Source: Candidatus Babeliales bacterium (GTDB lineage: Bacteria > Babelota > Babeliae > Babelales > JANWKD01). From it: DNA of 64,000 nucleotides. The notes beneath the pieces are model-generated. The model was not told the DNA's origin, did no database searches, and saw only the letters and a program-made list of their open reading frames with translations. The DNA is taken from the NCBI GenBank assembly GCA_963762115.1, contig CAVXJH010000007.1, positions 64,001 through 128,000 on the forward strand, given 5' to 3'. Below are positions 48,397 to 64,000 of this stretch, in pieces. The position numbers and the translations under genes were made by a program. Position 1 is the first letter of the stretch; every line of letters starts with the position of its first letter.

Positions 48397-49335
48397 TCAT
48401 TTAAAAAAATTGAGAAAGAAATGTTCAAAATAGGAAGAAATACCATTTTTGATATTCCAATCAATGGTAGTTATTTGATCATGTGCATTTTTAAGTTCAA
48501 TCAAATTCACACTTCGCCAATCTTTCTGCACAAAAGAAAAAGGAAGGCGAAACGCACTTTTTTTTGCTTGCGCAAAGTCTTTTTTTTGCATTAATTCAAC
48601 AAAACAATAAGCACGAAAAAGTTGTTCAGACCAGTAGGTCGTCCAAAAAACATCGCCATAATCATCTTTAATGGCATGCCAAAGTTTAAAAAATTCTCGA
48701 TCTTGTTTTGCAAAAAAATAGCTACTCAAAGTAAATAACGATTTTTCTGGCACCATAAGCGCATCAAATAACTCTGCAACGTCACCATCAATTTTAGAAC
48801 CTAACACAAGTGCATAGTTCATCAATAAACATGCATTCTCAAGTGAAAGAAATTTATATTTTCTAAAAAACGAAAGCACAACCTGGCTTTTAGCCTTAGT
48901 GGCATATTCAGGAAAAAATAATGAAAATAATTGTATATATAATTCAAGATCAATATCATTGGGAAGCTCTACAGCGTGAATTTTGGCAATTAATGGTTTG
49001 TCAGTAAAAAAATGTAATGTATGCGGCCCTTCATACTGCTCAAAATAACTTTGCAAGTTTAATTGTTGTTTAGCATCAAGACCAATAAAATCAGTAAGCC
49101 AGTAAAAATAATTTGTTCCCAAGAATGACATTTCTAAATGCGATTTATAAGAAAGATCGTGCACAATATTTTCACAATCTAATGATTGAATTATATATTC
49201 ATTTTTTTTGTACACTTGTTTTAAATGATAAAAAAATAGTGCGGGATATTTTTTACCTACAAAGCAAAAAACTGGCGGTAGTTTCCTACTTCCAGTTTTA
49301 TCAGGTAATATGCTAAGAAATGCAATAAAATCCAT
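48397..49335 (-). CDS. holA: Probable DNA polymerase III delta subunit (divergent)
   Basis: 312 aa; pattern VFCFVG..., SFLG...(cf. SLFG), ...FTL...F, terminal D..IKNG typical of delta; 3 bp downstream of rph. Confidence 0.55.
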   Translation of the reverse strand: MDFIAFLSILPDKTGSRKLPPVFCFVGKKYPALFFYHLKQVYKKNEYIIQSLDCENIVHDLSYKSHLEMSFLGTNYFYWLTDFIGLDAKQQLNLQSYFEQYEGPHTLHFFTDKPLIAKIHAVELPNDIDLELYIQLFSLFFPEYATKAKSQVVLSFFRKYKFLSLENACLLMNYALVLGSKIDGDVAELFDALMVPEKSLFTLSSYFFAKQDREFFKLWHAIKDDYGDVFWTTYWSEQLFRAYCFVELMQKKDFAQAKKSAFRLPFSFVQKDWRSVNLIELKNAHDQITTIDWNIKNGISSYFEHFFLNFFK

Positions 49336-49338
49336 TAT

Positions 49339-50127
49339 TTATAACGACGTTTCGTCTAAACGCATTCTAATACTATTGAAAGGTTGCTTATTAGATTGAG
49401 TTTGTTCTTGTTGCCTATTACTCATACTAAAAATTTCTTCTACGCCTTTTTGTGCTAATAAGCGCATTTTTTCAACTTGGTTCCATGCGATTGGTTTTTG
49501 TTCAGATGAACCTTGTAATTCAACAATATTCCCCGAACGAGTAAGCACAAAATTAAAATCAGCATCAACAGAACTATCTTCAGCAAAATCTAAATCAAGC
49601 AATAGAATGTTATCTTTAACGCCAACAGAAATAGCAGCAAGATCATCTCGTATAATCGTTGTTGTTATCTTGCCAAGTGCCAGCCAACGCTCAACAGCAA
49701 TTTTTAAAGCAATAAAAGCACCGCTAATACAAGCAGTGCGTGTTCCACCGTCTGCTTGCACAACATCGCAGTCAACAACTATGGTTCTTTCACCAAGTTG
49801 ATCAAGTGATACAACCGAACGTAACACTCGACCAATCAAACGTGAAATTTCAATAGATCTGCCATTTTGTTTGAAAGCAGTTTCACGTTCTTTACGCGTA
49901 TGCGTTGCTGTTGGCAACATGGAATATTCAGCAGTGAGCCAACCAACCTTTTTACCTTTTAAAAAAGGTGGAACATTATTTTGCAGCGTTATAGCACACA
50001 AAACTTTTGTTTTTCCCAATTCAAGAAAAACCGAAGCAGAGGCATATTCAAAAACATCATACATAATGTTCAAAGGCCGGATTTGATCAAAATCGCGGCC
50101 TTGTGTTCTTATAACCTTAGTTTCCAT
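49339..50127 (-). CDS. rph: Ribonuclease PH
   Basis: GWLTAEYSMLP.AT..R..RE, GRSIEISRLIGR, DCDVVQADGGTRTA. Confidence 0.95.
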   Translation of the reverse strand: METKVIRTQGRDFDQIRPLNIMYDVFEYASASVFLELGKTKVLCAITLQNNVPPFLKGKKVGWLTAEYSMLPTATHTRKERETAFKQNGRSIEISRLIGRVLRSVVSLDQLGERTIVVDCDVVQADGGTRTACISGAFIALKIAVERWLALGKITTTIIRDDLAAISVGVKDNILLLDLDFAEDSSVDADFNFVLTRSGNIVELQGSSEQKPIAWNQVEKMRLLAQKGVEEIFSMSNRQQEQTQSNKQPFNSIRMRLDETSL

Positions 50128-50130
50128 TAT

Positions 50131-52227
50131 TTACTTACTTGTTGATTCGTCGGGGACAATTTTAAGACGAATACGACCATTTGATTCGTCATATTCAACA
50201 ACTTCCACCGTTAAAGGATCATTAATTGGGTATTCTTTTGTTAAGTTTTGTTGTTTATTTCTTGGAATAGCTGAAATATGAACAAGCCCATCAACACCAG
50301 GAACTAATTCAACAAACAAGCCGAATTCAGCAGTTCGCTTTATTTTTCCATGATAAATGGTGCCAGCTTCAATTTTACCACCCAATACCTTGACCCACTC
50401 AATTGCCATATCCATTTTAGGACCAGGATGACCAAAGATTTTGACTAAACCATCGCCTTCAATATCAATCGTTGTACCAGTTTTTTCGATAATTTCACGA
50501 ATGGTTTTACCACCTGTTCCAATTATTGCACCAATTTTATCAGTAGGAACTTTAAAAGAAACAATGTGCGGTACAAGTTCAGATAATTGAGCTGCAGGTG
50601 CAGACATAACTTTTTGCATTTCTTTCAAAATGTGATGGCGACCTTGACGAGCTTGTGCTAACGCAGATTCAAAAATATTACGTGGCAAACCACCTTTATA
50701 TTTAATATCCATTTGAATCGCTGTAATACCTTGCTCAGTTCCAGTAACTTTAAAATCCATTAACCCAAATGCATCTTCGATACCGCTGATGTCACTAATT
50801 GTTTGGAATTTTCCATCAGAACTTCCCAATAATCCCATAGCAATACCACTTACCATTTTGGTAATAGGAACACCAGCATTCATTAATGCCATTGTTGAAC
50901 CACAAACCGTTGCCATTGATGTTGAACCATCAGATTCCAACATATCAGCAACGATACGAATGGTGTATGGAAATTTTTCTTTATTAGGAAGTACATTTTG
51001 CAACGCAGAAATTGCTAAATAACCATGCCCAATTTCACGTCTTCCCGGACCACGATTCGGACGAACTTCACCAGTGGAAAAAGAAGGGAAATTATAATGT
51101 AACATAAACGATTTTTCAATCGTATTTCCCATTAAATCTTCAACTTTTTGTTCATCTTGACCGCCACCAAGAGTCACCGTCACTAATGCTTGTGTTCTAC
51201 CACGATTAAATAACGCTGAGCCATGAGTGAATGGAAGCAAGCCTACTTCAGTACTAATAGCACGAATTTCATCAAAAACTCTACTATCAATACGCTTACC
51301 AATTGCAAAGGTTAAATCAGTAATTTTTACTTTCAAAACACTATCAACAACATAGGCAAGCATTTTATCAGAAAATTTTAATTCTTCGATTTCTTTTGCA
51401 TGCAACGTTTTAAATTCTTCTGTTAATGCATCAATAGCAGCAGCACGTTTTAATTTATCAGGCATAAAAGTTGTCTTAACGCGCTCGGTCGTTAAAAATT
51501 CATCAACTTTTGTCTGCCAAGCATCCCAATTGAAATGTTCATTAATCGGTTCTTTTGCAACACCTACTTGATTTTGAATTTCTTCTTGCCAAGCAACTTG
51601 TTTTTGAATTAATACATGTGCTTTGAAAAAAGCATCAACCATTTGATCTTCAGAAATTTCATTGGTAGAACCTTCCACCATATTGATACCTTCTGAAGTA
51701 CCTGCAACAACAATTTTTACGTCTGATTGCGTTGTTTGTGTATACGTAGGATTCATTACCCAAGCATTATCCAAACGACCAACTTCAGTAATACCAACAG
51801 GTCCTAGAAAAGGAATTCTTGAGATCGTTAACGCTAATGAAGCAGCAAATAATGCACAAGTATGTGGCTGATGTTCTTTGTCAACTGAATAGACAGTAAC
51901 TAAAAGTTGTATTTGATCAAAATAATTCACCGGAAACAAAGGACGAATTGCACGATCAATTAAACGACCAGTTAAGATTTCTTTATCAGTTGCCCTGCCT
52001 TCACGCTTAAAATAACCACCAGGAATTTTGCCTGCAGCAGCAAATTGTTCTCGATAGTCAACTGTTAATGGTAAAAAACCAGGAAATTCTGATGAAGGAG
52101 CAGAAACTACAGTTGCTAATACAACAGTGCCCCCTTGTTTTAACCAAACAGCACCATCAGCCTGAGCTGCAAACTTACCTATCTCTACTTCATAATCAAA
52201 ATCTTTTAAATAAAATTTTTTTACCAT
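50131..52227 (-). CDS. pnp: Polyribonucleotide nucleotidyltransferase (PNPase)
   Basis: FLPLTVDY, GKIPGGYFKREG, RREIGHG, SDGSTSMA, MDFKV, KH and S1 domains. Confidence 0.97.
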   Translation of the reverse strand: MVKKFYLKDFDYEVEIGKFAAQADGAVWLKQGGTVVLATVVSAPSSEFPGFLPLTVDYREQFAAAGKIPGGYFKREGRATDKEILTGRLIDRAIRPLFPVNYFDQIQLLVTVYSVDKEHQPHTCALFAASLALTISRIPFLGPVGITEVGRLDNAWVMNPTYTQTTQSDVKIVVAGTSEGINMVEGSTNEISEDQMVDAFFKAHVLIQKQVAWQEEIQNQVGVAKEPINEHFNWDAWQTKVDEFLTTERVKTTFMPDKLKRAAAIDALTEEFKTLHAKEIEELKFSDKMLAYVVDSVLKVKITDLTFAIGKRIDSRVFDEIRAISTEVGLLPFTHGSALFNRGRTQALVTVTLGGGQDEQKVEDLMGNTIEKSFMLHYNFPSFSTGEVRPNRGPGRREIGHGYLAISALQNVLPNKEKFPYTIRIVADMLESDGSTSMATVCGSTMALMNAGVPITKMVSGIAMGLLGSSDGKFQTISDISGIEDAFGLMDFKVTGTEQGITAIQMDIKYKGGLPRNIFESALAQARQGRHHILKEMQKVMSAPAAQLSELVPHIVSFKVPTDKIGAIIGTGGKTIREIIEKTGTTIDIEGDGLVKIFGHPGPKMDMAIEWVKVLGGKIEAGTIYHGKIKRTAEFGLFVELVPGVDGLVHISAIPRNKQQNLTKEYPINDPLTVEVVEYDESNGRIRLKIVPDESTSK

Positions 52228-52260
52228 TAGAAGAACCTATTATCGAGTGAAAATTGCATG

Positions 52261-52527
52261 TTATTTTCTGAGCCCCAAGCGAGAAATAATCTCTTTATAT
52301 TTATTTATATCTGTTCTTTCTAAGTAAAGTAAACACTTTTTTCTTTTACTCACAATTTGCAAAAGACCTCTTTTGGAACCATAATCCTTGTGATTACCTT
52401 TGAAATGCAATGCAAGATTTTCAATGTGTTTTGTTAATAAAGCTACCTGAACTTCAATTGACCCTGTATCGGTGTCATGTTGCTTGAAATCATTGATAAT
52501 TTTATTTTTTTCTTCCTTATGTATCAT
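52261..52527 (-). CDS. rpsO: 30S ribosomal protein S15
   Basis: DTGSIEVQVALLT, HKD..SKRGL, LGLRK. Confidence 0.96.
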   Translation of the reverse strand: MIHKEEKNKIINDFKQHDTDTGSIEVQVALLTKHIENLALHFKGNHKDYGSKRGLLQIVSKRKKCLLYLERTDINKYKEIISRLGLRK

Positions 52528-52569
52528 ACTCTTATACATCCTATTATAACGTTATATATTAATCTAAAC

Positions 52570-52645
52570 TGGTAGGCACGAGCGGATTCGAACCGCTGAC
52601 CCCTGCTACGTCAAAGCAGTGCTCTACCAACTGAGCTACGCGCCT
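52570..52645 (-). tRNA. tRNA-Val(GAC)
   Basis: 76-nt cloverleaf AGGCGCG TAGCTCAGTTGGTAGAGC A CTGCT TTGACGT AGCAG GGGTC AGCGG TTCGAAT CCGCT CGTGCCT ACCA; CCA is encoded. Confidence 0.96.
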
Positions 52646-52666
52646 TCCAAACTCTTTTATAGAGTT

Positions 52667-61097
<8,431 letters not shown>

Positions 61098-61182
61098 TAA
61101 ACTGTTCCTCCCTATATCAAAAATCGCTTTTTCAAATCCATCGATCAACCCGACTAAATTACTCTGTCCTTAAAATCTAGAA

Positions 61183-61563
61183 CTATGCCAATTCGACTTT
61201 TGCTCCGGCAGCTTCTAATGCTTCTTTCATTTTTTTAGCGTCATCTTTTGATGCAGCTTCAGCAATAACAGTAGGCGCTTCTTCAACAGCTTTTTTCGCT
61301 TCTGTTAAACCCAAAGTTGTAACTGAACGCAAAGCCTTGATTGTTTTAATTTTTTCAGGGCCACCATCTTTTAAGGTTACCTTGTATTCAGATTTTGCTT
61401 CAGCTTGAGCAGGAGCTTCTGCAGCAGATGCAGCAGGTGCAGCAGCAACAGGCATAGCAGCCGAAACACCAAATTTTTCTTCTAGAGCCTTAACAAGTTC
61501 TGCTAATTCTAAAACTGACATACCACCAATTTGATCAATAATTTGCTCATATGACTTTGCCAT
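61183..61563 (-). CDS. rplL: 50S ribosomal protein L7/L12
   Basis: [10 protein letters not shown], Ala-rich hinge, [10 protein letters not shown]. Confidence 0.97.
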   Translation of the reverse strand: MAKSYEQIIDQIGGMSVLELAELVKALEEKFGVSAAMPVAAAPAASAAEAPAQAEAKSEYKVTLKDGGPEKIKTIKALRSVTTLGLTEAKKAVEEAPTVIAEAASKDDAKKMKEALEAAGAKVELA

Positions 61564-61648
61564 TGAGATCTCCGATAATAAATAAAAAAATCAAACTAAC
61601 TACTAACTAAATATTACTTCAAAAACGTAGACTGCCCCTTGATTATCA

Positions 61649-62173
61649 TTACGATTCAGATTTTTTTTGCTCAATCGCCTTCAACACTAAAAGCAACTTA
61701 ACAAGCATTGAATGCAATGTACCTACTAAGCCTACAATTGGAGAATTTAAAGCACCACAGACTTTTGCCAAAAGAATTTCTCTTGAAGGCAAAGATGCCA
61801 AGACAATAACTGAATCTTTGCTCAATATTGTCGTATCCATACGTCCAGCCAAAACGCTTAACTTTTGGTTTTGCTTTGAAAAATTGCATAAAACTTTAGC
61901 AACAGCTGGCGCTTCTTGATCAACGAAAACAATACCAACTTGATCTTTTAAGAAAGGAATTAACCCTTCAACAGAAGGAAGGCCATGAACAGCTCGTTTT
62001 ATTAAAGAAACTTTCGCAACTTTAAATGTACCACCCTTATCACGAAGCTCTTTGCGCAAAGAAGTAACCTGTGCAACATCCAAACCTTTATAACCAACTA
62101 AAAAAGAAGTTTGGTTCGTAGCAAAGTCACTTTTTAATGCCTCAACAATATGTTCTTTTTCTTGACGATTCAT
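61649..62173 (-). CDS. rplJ: 50S ribosomal protein L10
   Basis: Start MNRQEK; YKGL.V....LRKELR, LASLPSRE.LL. Confidence 0.95.
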   Translation of the reverse strand: MNRQEKEHIVEALKSDFATNQTSFLVGYKGLDVAQVTSLRKELRDKGGTFKVAKVSLIKRAVHGLPSVEGLIPFLKDQVGIVFVDQEAPAVAKVLCNFSKQNQKLSVLAGRMDTTILSKDSVIVLASLPSREILLAKVCGALNSPIVGLVGTLHSMLVKLLLVLKAIEQKKSES

Positions 62174-62195
62174 TATATAATACCTTCTATCGGAA

Positions 62196-62894
62196 TCAAA
62201 CTCTAACCACATCTTCTGCTGCAACCGGAACTCCAACACCCATGGTAGAAGCAACAGTAACTTTTCGAATATATTTACCTTTTGATGTTGGTGGCTTGGC
62301 TGCAACTAAGGCCCTAACAAAAGAATTCAAATTTTCCTGCAATTTAGTGGCTTCAAAAGAAACCTTTCCAAAGGAAAAATGAACAATGCCATTCTTGTCA
62401 TTCTTAAAAAAGACGCGGCCTTTTTTTAAATCTTGAACAATATTTGCAACGTCAAAAGTAACGGTGCCAACTTTTTTGTTTGGCAACAAACCTTTTGGTC
62501 CTAATGTTTTTGCAAGCTTTCCAACTGCGCCCATTACATCTGGTGTTGCAACGGCAAAATCAAAATCTAACCAACCAGCAGCAATTTTATCAATTAAGTC
62601 ATCGGTGCCAACAAAATCAGCCCCGGCCTTACTTGCTTGCTCTGCATAATCACCTTTAGCAAAAACTATTACTCTAACCTTTTTGCCAGTTCCATGCGGC
62701 AACAATACTGAACCCCGCACTACTTGCTCACCCTTAGATGCATCTATACCCAAATTAACATGAATGTCGACAGATTCATCGAATTTGGCATATGCCAATT
62801 CTTTTACTTTTGCCAAACTTTCAGCTAAAGAATAACTTTTATCCGGCGTTATTTTTTCTTTGGCTGATCTATATTTTTTACCATGCATTGCCAT
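62196..62894 (-). CDS. rplA: 50S ribosomal protein L1
   Basis: KFDESVD, VRGSVLLPHGTGK, LGPKGLLPN.K.GTV, STMG. Confidence 0.97.
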   Translation of the reverse strand: MAMHGKKYRSAKEKITPDKSYSLAESLAKVKELAYAKFDESVDIHVNLGIDASKGEQVVRGSVLLPHGTGKKVRVIVFAKGDYAEQASKAGADFVGTDDLIDKIAAGWLDFDFAVATPDVMGAVGKLAKTLGPKGLLPNKKVGTVTFDVANIVQDLKKGRVFFKNDKNGIVHFSFGKVSFEATKLQENLNSFVRALVAAKPPTSKGKYIRKVTVASTMGVGVPVAAEDVVRV

Positions 62895-62915
62895 AATTAA
62901 TAGCCCCAACTTCGA

Positions 62916-63338
62916 TTAAAAAACCTTTATTCCCATACTACGAGCAGTTCCAGCCACAATTTTTTTAGCCTCTTCTATATCAATAGAATTGAGATCGGGC
63001 ATCTTAACTTTGGCTATGTCTTCAATATCTTTCCAAGAAATTTTTCCAGCCTCTTCAACGCTAGGCTTTGATGCGCCCTTTGCGATATTAATTTTCTTCT
63101 TTATTAATTCGGACGTTGGAGGTGTTTTTATGATAAAATCAAAAGTTTTATCTTTATAAACAGTAATTACTACAGGAACTGTTTGACCTTTTTTACTTGC
63201 GGTCTCTGCATTAAACTTTTTGCAGAAATCCATAATATTAAGACCGTGAGGTCCAAGAGCAGAGCCAACAGGTGGAGCAGGCGTTGCCGCGCCCCCGGCT
63301 ATCAACACTTTAATTTTTGCTTTAATTTCTTTTGCCAT
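62916..63338 (-). CDS. rplK: 50S ribosomal protein L11
   Basis: [30 protein letters not shown]. Confidence 0.97.
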   Translation of the reverse strand: MAKEIKAKIKVLIAGGAATPAPPVGSALGPHGLNIMDFCKKFNAETASKKGQTVPVVITVYKDKTFDFIIKTPPTSELIKKKINIAKGASKPSVEEAGKISWKDIEDIAKVKMPDLNSIDIEEAKKIVAGTARSMGIKVF

Positions 63339-63355
63339 TATAAACCTACTGACAT

Positions 63356-63880
63356 TTAGCGTTTTACTTGATCAAATCCCAATTCTACAGGCGTCATTCT
63401 GCCAAAAATACTTACCATTACAACTAGCTTCTCATTCTCTTCTTCAATTTTATCAATAATACCAACAAACCCTGCAAATGGTCCTTCAGCAATTTCAACT
63501 TCGCTCCCAACAACAAACTCACTCTTTTTAGGAGCAACCGCAACCTCACCCTTAATTTGAGATATAATCCTATCAATCTCTTTTTGAGAAAGAGGCGTTG
63601 GCGTTGAACCACCTAAAAAACGAATAATACGTGGCGTTGTTGTAACCAAACGAATTGCTTCTTGAATAGGCTCCATTTCAACAAACAAGTAGCCCGGAAA
63701 CAATTGATGCTCCCCTTTTGAGGCATCAACAGCTTCAAACATTTGCTTTAATTTCGCGGTTGGTATCAAAACCTCGCCAAAATATTCAGCAAGACCTTCT
63801 TCAGAAACGCGACGTAGCAAATCTGATTTTATCGCTTCTTCATACCCAGCGTATATTTGAGCAACATACCAACGTTTCAT
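63356..63880 (-). CDS. nusG: Transcription antitermination factor NusG
   Basis: WYV...[34 protein letters not shown]. Confidence 0.97.
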   Translation of the reverse strand: MKRWYVAQIYAGYEEAIKSDLLRRVSEEGLAEYFGEVLIPTAKLKQMFEAVDASKGEHQLFPGYLFVEMEPIQEAIRLVTTTPRIIRFLGGSTPTPLSQKEIDRIISQIKGEVAVAPKKSEFVVGSEVEIAEGPFAGFVGIIDKIEEENEKLVVMVSIFGRMTPVELGFDQVKR

Positions 63881-63923
63881 TGTTTATCCGTTCATAGCAT
63901 CTTTTTGCTTTAAGCTGTAATTA

Positions 63924-64000
63924 TCAGAAAATTTGTTGAGCAAGCCTATAAAATATAAAATCTATAATGCCTAGATAGATCGAAAATGCTGTAACAAGCA
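63924..64000 (-). CDS. secE: Preprotein translocase SecE (3' part)
   Basis: Manual translation LVTAFSIYLGIIDFIFYRLAQQIF*; directly upstream of nusG. Confidence 0.85.
   Translation of the reverse strand, partial: LVTAFSIYLGIIDFIFYRLAQQIF

Noticed and set aside
46788..48492. Prophage or integrase-encoding island inserted in holA
   Set aside because: No integrase, transposase or phage gene lies within the 1.6-kb block or elsewhere in the window; only the flanking duplication is supported.
61563..62196. L10 leader riboregulator
   Set aside because: Only 22 bp separate rplA and rplJ, and I could not recognise the leader motifs in the rplJ-rplL spacer.

Overview
AT-rich bacterial chromosome segment read with the standard code. 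The combination of features (many Sec-signal 'xM(E)' secreted proteins, eukaryote-like domains, a Cys-rich insert in RpoB, no L30 in the spc operon) suggests a host-dependent intracellular bacterium, most like Dependentiae/Babeliae (TM6); this is inference only. Core content: the str-S10-spc ribosomal cluster (1-13.6 kb); rseP, rplM, an NhaC-family transporter, pepP, recR-yidC, murC, ffh-rpsP-khpA-trmD(fusion)-rplS, hflX, pcrA, dps, cdaA-like/cdaR-like/glmM and trpS; and secE-nusG-rplKAJL-rpoBC-tRNA-Val-rpsO-pnp-rph-holA (48-64 kb). rplC, tuf, fusA and rpoC together carry 12 single-base insertions that look like sequencing errors. Between the housekeeping genes sit cassettes of lineage-specific secreted proteins. 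At three loci (NhaC, hflX, holA) these cassette arrays contain a second copy of the upstream housekeeping gene's 3' end; the holA copy differs mostly at synonymous sites. Candidate host-directed effectors include a Skp1-like/WD40/CaaX protein, a C2H2 zinc-finger protein with an NLS-like stretch and a 10-Cys peptide. Also present are a diadenylate-cyclase homologue lacking its catalytic motifs and a two-copy palindromic element whose core is inverted between the copies.
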